A DNA stretch of 64,000 bases, from the NCBI GenBank assembly GCA_963778115.1, contig CAVZSV010000004.1, positions 2,432,001 through 2,496,000 on the forward strand, written 5' to 3'. Below, piece by piece: positions 38,270-48,564 of the stretch (positions are counted from its first letter, which is position 1; the number at the start of each line of letters is the position of its first letter). This DNA is from an uncultured delta proteobacterium (lineage in GTDB: Bacteria; Bdellovibrionota; FAC87; UBA2466). Under the pieces are notes generated by a model. The model was not told where the DNA came from. It ran no database searches and saw only the letters and a list, made by a program, of their open reading frames with translations. A program made the translations under genes and the position numbers.

Positions 38270-40420
38270 TTAATCCAATTTCGCTTGATGTGCGTGGTCT
38301 TCTAAGCCCAAACTTTTCAGGAACGCCTTATGATTGGGCTGTCGTCCCAAAAAGGCGGTAATCAAAACGTAGGGATCTTTGGTTCCTCCGGGCTCAAGAA
38401 TGTTGTGCAGGTAATCCGCGCCCGTCTTGGGATTGAGAAGTCCTTCTTTCTCAAAACGAGTGAACATATCTTGCGCATAAACTTTCGACCATAGATACCC
38501 GTAGTAACCCGCATCGTATCCGCCCATCAAATGTCCGAAACCGGCTTGAGGAATAGTTCCGGATTGTATGGGAATCAGCATCGTCTTTTCGATGGTATCG
38601 GCATAGATCTCGGTGGACTTCCCCTGGATGTGAGACGCGGTATGGTACTTCATGTCGATGAGTGCGAAGGCCGCTTGGCGAAGCCAAAAAATTCCCGAAT
38701 TAACATTCTTCGCGTCGATCATGTGTCTAACGAGCTTCGCCGGAAGATGTTTCGAAGTGTCTTTGTAGTAACCCGACATTTTGGAGAGGGTTTCGTTTTC
38801 CCATACCCAGTTCTCTAACATTTGCGAAGGGGCTTCCACAAAATCGGTCTTTACACTGGTGCCCGAGAGGCTTGCATAGCGCGCGGTAGTCAGGGTTTGG
38901 TGCATGATGTGGCCGAACTCGTGGAAGATCGTTTCGACCTCTTCGTGCTCCAGAAGCGACGGGGCATCTTTAGAAGGTTTTGAAAAATTTCCCACGATGG
39001 CTGACACCGGAGCGCGGTACACGCCATTGTCTTTGGCATAAGCTTTATAAATATCGAAAGCGGCGAAGTGATTGTACTTTCCCTCTCGTGGAAAGAGATC
39101 CATATAAAAATAGGCTATCGTCTTTCCGTCTCGTTCGATCCGAAAGGTCTTAACACTGGGCTCCCATACGGTGGAATCCGCAACTTCTACAAACTTAACT
39201 CCGAAAAGCGTCTGATAAATGTCGAACATTCCCTTTAGAACGACCTCGATCGGGAAGTACTCTTTAATCTGTTGATTATCGATATGGAATTTTTGTTTCT
39301 TCCACTGATTTTCATAATAACGCCAATCCCAAGTATTCATTTTGGGGTGAGCTTCCGAAGGATGTTCTTTTTGTTTTAGCGAAATCAATGTTTGCAGATC
39401 CTGTCGCCCTTTAATCTTTAATTTTTCGACAAGGGGGTCGAGAAAAGCCATTACCTTTTCGGGAGTCTTAGCCATCTGCCGGTCGAGGACATAGTGGGCA
39501 TGATTTCTGAAACCCAATAGATGGGCCGCTTCGTCCCTAAGCTGAATAGCCTCTTCCAAGTCCTTAACGTTCTCAGGACCGCCTAAATTGTCATAGAGAG
39601 TAGAAACTCGCTTTCGAAGTGCTTCGCTCTTGGCATTTTCTAGCACCGGGAATACGGAAGCTTTATCCATCCCAATCTTGTATTGGCCATCGGCCGTCTT
39701 AGGGAGGCCTTGGATAAATTCCGCCGAAAGTCCGTCTAGTTCGGAAGCCTTTGCCAGTACGAAACCGCTGGTCATTTGCTTAATTCTCTTTTGGTAACTC
39801 TCTTCCTTCGAGATGATCTCTTGGCGTTTCTTGACCAGAAGGGCTCGATGGTCAGGGCTGAGTTCCAACCCGTTTCGCTTAAATGCCTCTAGGGTCTCCT
39901 CGACCAAACGGTTACTTTGATAGTCCAAGGTTTCATTTTTTGCGGAGCCGGCTTTTACCACCCGATAGAGATCCTCTCTGGCAAAGATGCTCACCATAAG
40001 CTGCCCAATTTTTTCGCTACAGGCGGAACTGGCATCTCGCACCTTCTCGTCGGTTCCCACATCCTTCAAAAAAACGAGCGGACTGACATTGTTAGAAAAT
40101 TCGCTAGTGGCAGCTTCGAGTTCTCCGAAAGAGTTCTTAAAATTCGCTTTGTCGGGAGACAACTTGCCGAGTTTATCGAGACGAGCAAGGAGCTGTTTCT
40201 GTTCAGCATCGCAAAGGCTTTGGACCTCTTGGGCGGTATAGTTCCATCTCGTAGGCAAAGAGGCATCGACACTTGCGGTAGTACGCGTTCCTGACACGTT
40301 GGCCTCCTTAGTGCTTTTCGCACTTACGCAGCTAATAAGCGGCAATCCCATCAAAGCGATCAATGAAAGGGTTCTAAAAGATCGTAGACCTACCCGTAGC
40401 CCAAACCCAAATCGAAACAT
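38270..40420 (-). CDS. M3A oligopeptidase (thimet oligopeptidase-like), probably exported
   Basis: YMDLFPREGKY, FHEFGHIMH, DFVEAPSQMLENW, GYDAGYYGYLWS. N-terminal leader ending LISC. Confidence 0.92.
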   Translation of the reverse strand: MFRFGFGLRVGLRSFRTLSLIALMGLPLISCVSAKSTKEANVSGTRTTASVDASLPTRWNYTAQEVQSLCDAEQKQLLARLDKLGKLSPDKANFKNSFGELEAATSEFSNNVSPLVFLKDVGTDEKVRDASSACSEKIGQLMVSIFAREDLYRVVKAGSAKNETLDYQSNRLVEETLEAFKRNGLELSPDHRALLVKKRQEIISKEESYQKRIKQMTSGFVLAKASELDGLSAEFIQGLPKTADGQYKIGMDKASVFPVLENAKSEALRKRVSTLYDNLGGPENVKDLEEAIQLRDEAAHLLGFRNHAHYVLDRQMAKTPEKVMAFLDPLVEKLKIKGRQDLQTLISLKQKEHPSEAHPKMNTWDWRYYENQWKKQKFHIDNQQIKEYFPIEVVLKGMFDIYQTLFGVKFVEVADSTVWEPSVKTFRIERDGKTIAYFYMDLFPREGKYNHFAAFDIYKAYAKDNGVYRAPVSAIVGNFSKPSKDAPSLLEHEEVETIFHEFGHIMHQTLTTARYASLSGTSVKTDFVEAPSQMLENWVWENETLSKMSGYYKDTSKHLPAKLVRHMIDAKNVNSGIFWLRQAAFALIDMKYHTASHIQGKSTEIYADTIEKTMLIPIQSGTIPQAGFGHLMGGYDAGYYGYLWSKVYAQDMFTRFEKEGLLNPKTGADYLHNILEPGGTKDPYVLITAFLGRQPNHKAFLKSLGLEDHAHQAKLD

Positions 40421-40611
40421 TTCTCCTCCCCGACCGAGTGAGGTTCTCAGGGGGAACGTGGGGTGTCAAGGAAGGCTAGTGCTGGTGCTCTAGCTGGTGA
40501 TCAAGGTGTGCGCTTCGCGCACGCGATCTCATTTCGCCCTCTTTTCGATGTGGAAGTCATCCCCGAAGGGGTTGCCCTGATCGCTAGCCCTAGCTCCTTA
40601 GCGCTTCTTGC

Positions 40612-41538
40612 TCAATGCAGACTCTCCAAATACCTCTCCGCATCAATCGCTGATTGGCATCCGGAAGCAGCCGCGGTGATGGCTTGGCGGTAGATGGTGT
40701 CCTGAACGTCGCCACACGCGAACACTCCGGGGACCTCGGTGGCGGTAGTCGGGCGTTTAGGCAAAACGATGTAACCCTTTTCGTCTAGCGGCAACTGTCC
40801 CTTGAGAAAGGTGGTGTTGGGTTCATGTCCGATGGCGACAAAAAAACCTTCGCATTCCACCACACGGTCTTTACCCGTCTTGACGTCTTTAACTTTAACT
40901 CCGGTGACTCCATCGGCCCCAAGGACTTCCAAAATATCGGTGTTCCAGATGAACTTGATCTTAGGATTATTGAGTGCCCGCTCCTGCATGATCTTGGAGG
41001 CTCGAAGGGTATCTCGGCGGTGAATGATGGTAACCTCGGAGGCAAATTTGGTCAGAAAGTTAGCCTCTTCCATCGCGGAATCACCCCCTCCAACCACGAC
41101 TAGCCGAGCGCCTTTGAAGAAGGCACCATCACACGTTGCGCAACTGGATACTCCTTTTCCAAGGAGCCGCGCTTCAGATTCGAGTCCCAGCCACTTAGTG
41201 GCAGCGCCGGTGGAAACGATGACCGACTCTGCTTCCACTACCTCATTTTCGATCATCACTTTTAAGGTTTTGGGTTTGAAATCCACCGCTGTGGCATTCT
41301 TTTGAATGAATCGAGTGCCGAAGCGTTCTGCTTGTTGTCTAAAATTGGACATTAGTTCAGGCCCCATGATCCCCTTAGGGAAACCAGGGAAGTTCTCCAC
41401 ATCGCTTGTTAACATCAACAGTCCCCCCGACTGATACCCTTCGATCATTAGCGGAGAAAGGTTGGCGCGCGAGGCATAGATGGCGGCGGTATAGCCGGCC
41501 GGCCCAGAACCAATAATGACAAGATTTTCGACAGCCAT
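40612..41538 (-). CDS. trxB: Thioredoxin-disulfide reductase
   Basis: GSGPAGYTAA, CATCDG, GGGDSAMEEA, YRQAITAA. Confidence 0.97.
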   Translation of the reverse strand: MAVENLVIIGSGPAGYTAAIYASRANLSPLMIEGYQSGGLLMLTSDVENFPGFPKGIMGPELMSNFRQQAERFGTRFIQKNATAVDFKPKTLKVMIENEVVEAESVIVSTGAATKWLGLESEARLLGKGVSSCATCDGAFFKGARLVVVGGGDSAMEEANFLTKFASEVTIIHRRDTLRASKIMQERALNNPKIKFIWNTDILEVLGADGVTGVKVKDVKTGKDRVVECEGFFVAIGHEPNTTFLKGQLPLDEKGYIVLPKRPTTATEVPGVFACGDVQDTIYRQAITAAASGCQSAIDAERYLESLH

Positions 41539-41595
41539 GATTACATTTTCCCTTCAATGCGAAGTTAGTGCCCTATGCTAAAGCCTCTAAAGCGT

Positions 41596-42558
41596 TCAAG
41601 GCAAGTCAGTCGAGCAACTATTCAACGTTCCTTCATAGATATCACGCAGGCTTTGTTCGATGGGACGGAAAGTAAGAGGGGCGAGGGAATTTTCCAGTTT
41701 TTTGAATGAAACCCTGAGACCGGTAAAGGGATTAGGGGCGCTACTCTCCTCGACTACTATTTTGGGACTCTTTTGGGCAATTTTTAAAAGCAATTGAAGC
41801 ACCTGCGAGATTTGCAACTGATGAGGAGAGCAGATATTAAAGATGGTGAAGTTCTCCGTGTTTAAATCTAAAACCCTGGCGAAAATGTTCACTGCGTCAC
41901 GGACATCCAGGAAGGATCGTACGGCTTGTAGGGGCCCCACAGTGAGAACGCTAGCGCCTTTTGCAGGAAGGCGGGAAATCTTTCGGGAGAGATCCGAAAC
42001 CGCGAAGCCTTCCCCCTGTCCAGGACCGATGCAACTGTAAAGACGGGCAACGACCACTTTGCGCTGTTGTTTTGGGTTCTGGGTTGCCCAGTGGCGGAAA
42101 GATTCTTCCGCAAGGTACTTAGTGAAACCATACGATCCAACGGGTTGTGCTGGAGAAGTCTCAGTCACCTCCGCCTCCTGATTTCCGTAAACATGCACTG
42201 AGCTCGAAAAGAAGATCGAGACAGGGTGAGCTATCGCATCGACTGCTTTTTGCAAATATTGAGTAGTCAAAAAATTCTTCTCAAAAAACTCAGGCAGTTT
42301 CGTCGAAGCGGTCACCTTGGAATTGCCGGCGAAATGGTAGATTCGGTCCGGAGAAAAATCTCGTACGGTCTTATTTAGTTTTTCCGAATCGGTGAGATCG
42401 CAATCGATATATTCGACCGTCTTCGAGGTGCTCAATGATTTGGCGGCGCCCGAGCTTCGATCGATTCCCAAAATACGAACGCCGGGCAGCTTTTCGATTA
42501 AAACGGGGATGAGATGTCGACCGATAAACCCCCTTGCACCTGTAATTAGAATTTTCAC
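41596..42558 (-). CDS. NAD-dependent sugar epimerase/reductase (Rmd-like)
   Basis: GARGFIG, YGFTK, HIGPGQ-like CIGPGQ, RSFLDVRD. Confidence 0.8.
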   Translation of the reverse strand: MKILITGARGFIGRHLIPVLIEKLPGVRILGIDRSSGAAKSLSTSKTVEYIDCDLTDSEKLNKTVRDFSPDRIYHFAGNSKVTASTKLPEFFEKNFLTTQYLQKAVDAIAHPVSIFFSSSVHVYGNQEAEVTETSPAQPVGSYGFTKYLAEESFRHWATQNPKQQRKVVVARLYSCIGPGQGEGFAVSDLSRKISRLPAKGASVLTVGPLQAVRSFLDVRDAVNIFARVLDLNTENFTIFNICSPHQLQISQVLQLLLKIAQKSPKIVVEESSAPNPFTGLRVSFKKLENSLAPLTFRPIEQSLRDIYEGTLNSCSTDLP

Positions 42559-42685
42559 TATGTGATTTATAGCCTAAACAAATGTAGCGTGCCAAGAAAC
42601 CTTCTCCAAAAGGAGGTTTCCCTGACGAGCGGCTCATTTGGCCCTCAAATAAGCCCTATGGTATGTTGCAAAAAAGGCATTGCTT

Positions 42686-43522
42686 ATGAAAGTTCTTATT
42701 ACAGGTGCAAGGGGAATGTTGGGTTCCGATCTGACTGAGGTTTTCACTAAAGCCTTGGGTGGGGACAGCGTTTTACCCAAAGGATCGTTGGATCTAGATA
42801 TCACTGACGCCCAGCAAGTGATTAGCGTCTTGAACGAATTCAAGCCTGACGTGGTAATAAACTCTGCTGCTTATACCAACGTGGACAAGGCGGAATCCGA
42901 AAAGCAGAAAGCAACGGCCGTAAACGCAACGGGCCCCGGTCTTATGGCAGCAGAATGTGGAAAGCGGCAGATCCGTCTGGTTCATTTCAGTACGGATCAG
43001 GTTTTTGATGGATCCGGGTCTGTCCCTCGGAAAGAGACTGATACTCCCCGTCCCTTAAATCATTATGCACTCTCTAAATGGGAGGGGGAAAAACTAGTGC
43101 TCTCCCATCCAGGCCATTTGGTTTTGCGGGTTCAATGGTTATATGGAAAGAAAAAGGATCGCTTTTCCCAGTTAAGATCCAAAGAGGTGTTTACCCCTTT
43201 CCTGGATCAATATGGGGCGCCTGCGTGGACGCTTCCCCTTTCGTCGGTCGTTCTTAAGTTGGCTCGGGAAAAGACCACCGGTCTTTATCATTATTCTTAT
43301 GATGATTATGCTTCGTGGTTTGAGGTCTACCAGTTTGTCTGCCAGCAATGGAACTTGCCTACTAAGCTTATAGGCAAACGAACCGCTGAAGTGGCTTTGC
43401 CGGCCATCAGGCCGCTATTTTCAGTGCTGGATAATCGTAAATTGCTCAGCGCATTAAAAATACCCCGGATGGGAAGCTGGCGTGAACCCCTAAGCGAGTT
43501 CCTTCGTCTGCCTCATTCCTAG
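42686..43522 (+). CDS. rfbD: dTDP-4-dehydrorhamnose reductase
   Basis: GARGMLG, AAYTNVDKAES, STDQVFDG, YALSK, RPLFSVLD. Confidence 0.9.
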   Translation: MKVLITGARGMLGSDLTEVFTKALGGDSVLPKGSLDLDITDAQQVISVLNEFKPDVVINSAAYTNVDKAESEKQKATAVNATGPGLMAAECGKRQIRLVHFSTDQVFDGSGSVPRKETDTPRPLNHYALSKWEGEKLVLSHPGHLVLRVQWLYGKKKDRFSQLRSKEVFTPFLDQYGAPAWTLPLSSVVLKLAREKTTGLYHYSYDDYASWFEVYQFVCQQWNLPTKLIGKRTAEVALPAIRPLFSVLDNRKLLSALKIPRMGSWREPLSEFLRLPHS

Positions 43523-43544
43523 ATCGAATGATACAATTAGCGTA

Positions 43545-44660
43545 ATGAAGACAGAGCATATCGAATGCGATGTTGTGGTCGTGGGAGCAGGGGTGATAGG
43601 CCTAGCCATTGCCGATAAGTTGACCCCCGTTCATACGGTGGTAGTGGTGGAAGCCCATAACAAGTTTGGCCAGGAGACTTCTTCACGAAACAGTGAAGTG
43701 ATCCACTCGGGAATCTATTATCCGATTGGCTCCAAGAAAACGGAAATGTGTATTCGCGGAAGAGAGTTGCTTTATCATTTCTGCAAACACTATTCTGTGC
43801 CCTTTAAAAAGACGGGAAAATTTGTTGTTGCTGCGGATAGGTACGAAGTGGACTATCTCGATGAACTCTGCGAACGCTGTAAGAGACTTTCTGTTCCACA
43901 TGAACGTTGGACAAAAGAGCGATTGGCCGAGGTAGAACCGCTCATTCAAGTAAGCGAAGCGGTCTATCTTCCTGAGACTGGGATTATTGACTCTCATTCG
44001 TACATGGCGGCCCTTGAGCGGTTTGTTTTGGATGCTGAAGGCATCATTGCTTATCGCCATTCCGTAAAAAAGATCTACCGAGACGGAACGACTTGGGTGG
44101 TCCTGACTGAAACTCCCGAGGGGCGTGTAGAGATTCGATGCCAGAAAGTGGTAAATGCGGCAGGGCTTGCTGCTGCCGAACTTACCAATCAAACTTTTAA
44201 CACGAATCGTTACCAGCACAAATTTTGCCGCGGAAGGTATTTCAGCTTGCCGGGTAAGTATCAAAATCGGTTCAGCCACCTCATTTACCCCGTTCCTCCT
44301 CAAGACGGGCTTGGCATACATGTCACGATCGATCTCGATGGATTTGCTCGATTGGGACCCGACGTCGACTGGTGCTCCGCTCAGCAATACCAAGAGCTTG
44401 AGAGCGTTTATGACTGTGACTGGAACGAGCTAAGGCCGGTCTTTGCAAAAGCGGTCAATCGTTATTGCATGTATATCGAACCGGGTGAGTTGGCTCCGGG
44501 CCTCATTGGGGTACGGCCGAAGCTCTATGTAAATCAAAAGCCGCAGCCGGATTTTCTCATTGAGAATTTGGAAGGTTTTATCCATTGTTTGGGAATTGAG
44601 TCTCCGGGATTGACCGCGTCTCAAGCCATAGCGGAAGCAGTTGCCAAATTGACGGCCTAA
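43545..44660 (+). CDS. FAD-dependent oxidoreductase (L-2-hydroxyglutarate oxidase-like)
   Basis: GAGVIG, ETSSRNSEVIHSGIYY, LGIHVT.D, GIESPGLTAS. Confidence 0.88.
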   Translation: MKTEHIECDVVVVGAGVIGLAIADKLTPVHTVVVVEAHNKFGQETSSRNSEVIHSGIYYPIGSKKTEMCIRGRELLYHFCKHYSVPFKKTGKFVVAADRYEVDYLDELCERCKRLSVPHERWTKERLAEVEPLIQVSEAVYLPETGIIDSHSYMAALERFVLDAEGIIAYRHSVKKIYRDGTTWVVLTETPEGRVEIRCQKVVNAAGLAAAELTNQTFNTNRYQHKFCRGRYFSLPGKYQNRFSHLIYPVPPQDGLGIHVTIDLDGFARLGPDVDWCSAQQYQELESVYDCDWNELRPVFAKAVNRYCMYIEPGELAPGLIGVRPKLYVNQKPQPDFLIENLEGFIHCLGIESPGLTASQAIAEAVAKLTA

Positions 44661-44675
44661 GAAAAGGAACTACAG

Positions 44676-45668
44676 ATGAAGAAAGTAATTGTGACTGGGG
44701 GAGCCGGATTTATCGGAAGCCATTTGGTGGACGAATGCTTAAAGAGCGGTTTCGAAGTGACGGTGATCGATGATCTTTCGGTGGGTAGGCTTTCCAATTT
44801 AAAACACCAAGAAGGAAATTCTAAATTTCACTTTATTCAAGCCGACGTCGCCGATCACGAAAAAATTCTGCCGCATTTTAAGGGCATCGATTGGGTATTT
44901 CACTTAGCGGCCAGAGCCGATATCGTTCCCTCGATCCAAATGCCCATGATTTATCATCGTTCGAATGTCGACGGAACTATCTCGGTTTTAGAAGCCGCGC
45001 GATCCAATAATATCAAAAGATTTGTTTATGCCGCCTCTTCCTCTTGTTATGGAATTCCTAGGACCTACCCGACTCCAGAATCGGAAAAGATTGCCCCCGA
45101 GTACCCGTATGCGCTCACCAAGTTCGTGGGAGAGTGCTACGTGATGCACTGGGAACATGTTTACCACATGCCGTCGCTGTCACTTCGGTTCTTTAATGTG
45201 TTTGGTCCTCGAGCGAGAACTTCGGGCACCTATGGGGCCGTCTTTGGTGTCTTTCTAGCGCAAAAAATTCATGGAAAACCACTGACGGTGGTCGGTGACG
45301 GAGAACAGACGCGCGACTTTACTTTTGTTACCGATATTGTCTCGGCATTGATGGCGGCGGCGCGCTCGGAACTTTCGGGCGAGATCTTGAATGTGGGAAG
45401 CGGAGGATCTTATAGCATCAATTCTCTCGTGAAGATCTTAGGTGGCGAAGTCACCCACATTCCTAAACGCCCTGGAGAGCCAGACTGTACTTTCGCCGAT
45501 ATCACCAAGATTAGAAAACATCTCCACTGGGAACCACGTGTTAAATTTGAAGATGGGGTTCGCCAGATGCTAAAGTCCATCGATCTTTGGAAAGACGCTC
45601 CCGTCTGGAGTCCCGACGGAATCGCGGAAGCGACCAAAGATTGGTTTAAGTACTTGTCGAAAGAGTAG
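44676..45668 (+). CDS. NAD-dependent nucleotide-sugar epimerase/dehydratase
   Basis: TGGAGFIGSH, YALTK, RFFNVFGPR, GDGEQTRDFTFV. Confidence 0.92.
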   Translation: MKKVIVTGGAGFIGSHLVDECLKSGFEVTVIDDLSVGRLSNLKHQEGNSKFHFIQADVADHEKILPHFKGIDWVFHLAARADIVPSIQMPMIYHRSNVDGTISVLEAARSNNIKRFVYAASSSCYGIPRTYPTPESEKIAPEYPYALTKFVGECYVMHWEHVYHMPSLSLRFFNVFGPRARTSGTYGAVFGVFLAQKIHGKPLTVVGDGEQTRDFTFVTDIVSALMAAARSELSGEILNVGSGGSYSINSLVKILGGEVTHIPKRPGEPDCTFADITKIRKHLHWEPRVKFEDGVRQMLKSIDLWKDAPVWSPDGIAEATKDWFKYLSKE

Positions 45669-45685
45669 CTTCAGTTCGCCGTTTT

Positions 45686-46153
45686 CTAGGCGCCAAATTT
45701 CTGCTGGGCCCGCTTACGCATCTCTTCCGGGCTTACGTCCTCAACATGGGTCGCGATCGTCCATTGATACCCGTACGGATCTTCAAGCGTTCCCGTGCGA
45801 TCTCCGTAAAACTGATTTTCAATGGGACGTTTTACTGACATGCCTGCTTTAACCGCCCTGTCGGACCACTGATCTACACTCTCAACATAAAGCAAAAGGT
45901 GCACGGGCGACCCGCCGAGAGTCTTAGGACTCTGGGCACCCATTTCAGGATGTTCATCGGCTAACATGATCCTGGAGTCGCCGATCTGCAGTTCCGCGTG
46001 CGCGATTAGGCCCTTGCCAGGCACTTCCATGCGAAGCCTCTCCGAAGCTCCCAGCGCTTTCTTATAAAACTCAATTGCCTCTTTGGCCCCTTTTACAATG
46101 AGGTAAGGCGTGAGGGTGCTAAAACCTTCTGGAATCGGATTAACGTTGCTCAT
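45686..46153 (-). CDS. VOC/PhnB-family glyoxalase-like protein
   Basis: TPYLIV, HAELQIGDS, QFYGDR.G...DPYG.QW. Confidence 0.92.
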   Translation of the reverse strand: MSNVNPIPEGFSTLTPYLIVKGAKEAIEFYKKALGASERLRMEVPGKGLIAHAELQIGDSRIMLADEHPEMGAQSPKTLGGSPVHLLLYVESVDQWSDRAVKAGMSVKRPIENQFYGDRTGTLEDPYGYQWTIATHVEDVSPEEMRKRAQQKFGA

Positions 46154-46306
46154 GTGTGCCTCCGGTTAGGCCATTGAGGCTAAGGCACTAACCACTCATT
46201 GTCGAACGCAATCGCGAAAAGGGGTTGTGGCGCATTGCGTAGTTTTCTCTTGAGCTTCACTCCCCTACCTTGTACGAAATAGGAGTTCATTAAAAAGAGG
46301 CCCCGC

Positions 46307-47392
46307 GTGCGATACGACAAGAGCCACAATATGGGCTCAAGACACGAATTCAAAAAAGGTTATCTATTTATAATTGCTATATATTTATTTGCCCCTAGCC
46401 CGTTACTCGGGGGCCCCTGGGAAGATAGATTTGTTACCTTACGTCGTACGCTGACTCAAAAGTGTGCGTTGCTCGTAGATCGAGTCCGAAATGTGACCGG
46501 ATGCCCCCGGGGCCGTCGTTACGAGGACATCGATTTTCCAAGAGAGGGATTACATTCTCACTATCAAGAGAGGGCTAGCCTCTACCTTAAAGCCCAGGCT
46601 CAACTCGCCAACGAGATATTTCAAAAGGTCCGTGGCAACGAGTTCTTTCATCCGTTACTTTTCTTCGCGGCCAATCGATTGAAGGAGGTCGCGACCGTGG
46701 TCGGCCACGCTCAAATAGCCCCCGATCGCCATTTCGCGGAACGAAGAGTTTTTGAAATGGAGAGCCGGATAAATCCCTTACCCGAGGCAATGGGTCTTGT
46801 GGAACTTACTAGCGCCGATCGTAAATATCTGCCCCCGCGATTTCGGAAGGAGTTTGAGCATTTTGTAAAGAGGACGGGCCAGGCCCCGAATTTTTTTGCG
46901 GAGGATTGGCTAAGGATTCTCGACGGCCGCAGATATGTTTATTATTTGGATACGAATAACAGACGGATCTTAGCGTCGGTACTCTACCATGCAGACTCCG
47001 ACCCATGGAAAGACGCGCTCTTCGTCTTGCACGCTTCTCCGGAAATCATTGTGGACCTGCTCCAAGATGTTGAAGCACGGTTAAAGAAGTCCATGGGGAC
47101 AGGGTTAAAAAACCAACGGCACCGCGAGAATTTCTTTTCGGCTTATTTCGGAGCACTCATCGCAATGCCTTTTGGAGAGGGAAATTACGAAATTTTGACT
47201 CCTCTTTTCGCGGGCCTCTTTATGGCGCTTAGCGATCAGAAACTACCGCTAGTATTCTCGAGGGAAGGTCTTGAAAGATTGGTGATCCGTGGACAGAGCC
47301 GATTTGTAGATGCGATGGAACAGGCCTACCAAAATTCTTTTCCCAATACGCGAAGGCTTACTTTCTCAGAGATTGAGGCGACTGCACCTTAG
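46307..47392 (+). CDS. Exported hypothetical protein with a degenerate Fic-like motif
   Basis: 361-aa ORF, N-terminal hydrophobic segment, C-terminal MPFGEGNY. Start may be 46331. Confidence 0.6.
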   Translation: MRYDKSHNMGSRHEFKKGYLFIIAIYLFAPSPLLGGPWEDRFVTLRRTLTQKCALLVDRVRNVTGCPRGRRYEDIDFPREGLHSHYQERASLYLKAQAQLANEIFQKVRGNEFFHPLLFFAANRLKEVATVVGHAQIAPDRHFAERRVFEMESRINPLPEAMGLVELTSADRKYLPPRFRKEFEHFVKRTGQAPNFFAEDWLRILDGRRYVYYLDTNNRRILASVLYHADSDPWKDALFVLHASPEIIVDLLQDVEARLKKSMGTGLKNQRHRENFFSAYFGALIAMPFGEGNYEILTPLFAGLFMALSDQKLPLVFSREGLERLVIRGQSRFVDAMEQAYQNSFPNTRRLTFSEIEATAP

Positions 47393-48212
47393 CGGGGAAA
47401 TGGCTTTCTTGGGGAATTTGAGAGCTGACGCGATACATTCTTCCGATCAGCCAATCGGTAAAACGGGGAAACCAATAATTTAGATGGTGAGCGACCGAAG
47501 CTTTCATTCCGAGGACCACTCGGCTACGGCGCTTTTCAATTGCCCGATAAAGCGATTGGGCAACTTGCGAGGGATCTTTTCCGTAAAAAGGTGGAAACGC
47601 TAAGGGGCTATTTCCGCGATGAACGGTAGCTTCGTGAAAGCCGCTCTTCACAGGCCCCGGAGAGAAGTGCATGACGCAAATCCCTTCATGCGCTACTTCC
47701 ACTCGCAAGCTATCGGTGAACGAAAGCAATGAGGCTTTGGCGGAACAGTAAGGAGACACGAAGGGCAAAGCACGCCTTGCCACCCCCGATCCGACATTGA
47801 CGATAATTCCACGACGACTCCTCAGAGACGGAAGGGCTTGCCTTACCAAAGAGACCGCCGACAGAAAATTAACTTTCCAACAATCTTCGAAATCTTTTGC
47901 AGGGATCTCCTCGACGCGACCGCTCACCGCATAGCCCGCGCAATTAACGAGAACATCGATGGGCTTGTTGTCCGGAAATTGAGACTCGCAACGACGGAAG
48001 AGAGTAGCGACATCACTATCCTTCGAAAGGTCGGCAACCACAAATCGCATGCGGCTTTTAGCCAAAGCGGAGGCCTGACTGATAATTTCGGCGAGGTATG
48101 GCTGACGGCGCCCCACCAGAATCACTTCATGCCCTTTCTCCGCCATTGCTAAAGCAAGCGCCTTACCTAAACCCGAAGATGCTCCAGTAATTAGGGCGCG
48201 ATGGAAGTACAT
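47358..48212 (-). CDS. Short-chain dehydrogenase/reductase
   Basis: TGASSGLG, VNCAG, YCSAK. Confidence 0.92.
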   Translation of the reverse strand: MYFHRALITGASSGLGKALALAMAEKGHEVILVGRRQPYLAEIISQASALAKSRMRFVVADLSKDSDVATLFRRCESQFPDNKPIDVLVNCAGYAVSGRVEEIPAKDFEDCWKVNFLSAVSLVRQALPSLRSRRGIIVNVGSGVARRALPFVSPYCSAKASLLSFTDSLRVEVAHEGICVMHFSPGPVKSGFHEATVHRGNSPLAFPPFYGKDPSQVAQSLYRAIEKRRSRVVLGMKASVAHHLNYWFPRFTDWLIGRMYRVSSQIPQESHFPAKVQSPQSLRK

Positions 48213-48556
48213 TAGGGCTCCAGTTGAAACCGCGGGTCGCGGTCGAGTTCTTGCGTCAAGAAGGAGAGCAAGGCTCGATTTTCATCCAAAATTTTTTTCA
48301 GCGTCTCGTCGTTATAAACGTCGAGATCTTCGACTGACATGAGGTGCGCTTCAAGGACTTCAAAACGCATGGTCTCGGCCAAATTGGTAAATCTCGCCGC
48401 AAAAGCCTCTAAAATTTCGGTCCATTCGGACGGCGCTTTCATTTGGAACTGGGGAAGCGTTACGGAGGTTCCTTTGCGTTTGGTTTCACAGATATAGAGA
48501 AGAGCCAGAAGCTGGCGAGAGTTAAGTGACTGGGCCAGGAAATTATCTTCAGACAT
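48212..48556 (-). CDS. Hypothetical protein
   Basis: Tightly coupled ORF between the acetyltransferase and the SDR. Confidence 0.65.
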   Translation of the reverse strand: MSEDNFLAQSLNSRQLLALLYICETKRKGTSVTLPQFQMKAPSEWTEILEAFAARFTNLAETMRFEVLEAHLMSVEDLDVYNDETLKKILDENRALLSFLTQELDRDPRFQLEP

Positions 48557-48564
48557 AGGAGTAA

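Noticed and set aside
43683..44393. 236-aa minus-strand ORF
   Set aside because: Fully antisense to the FAD-dependent oxidoreductase.
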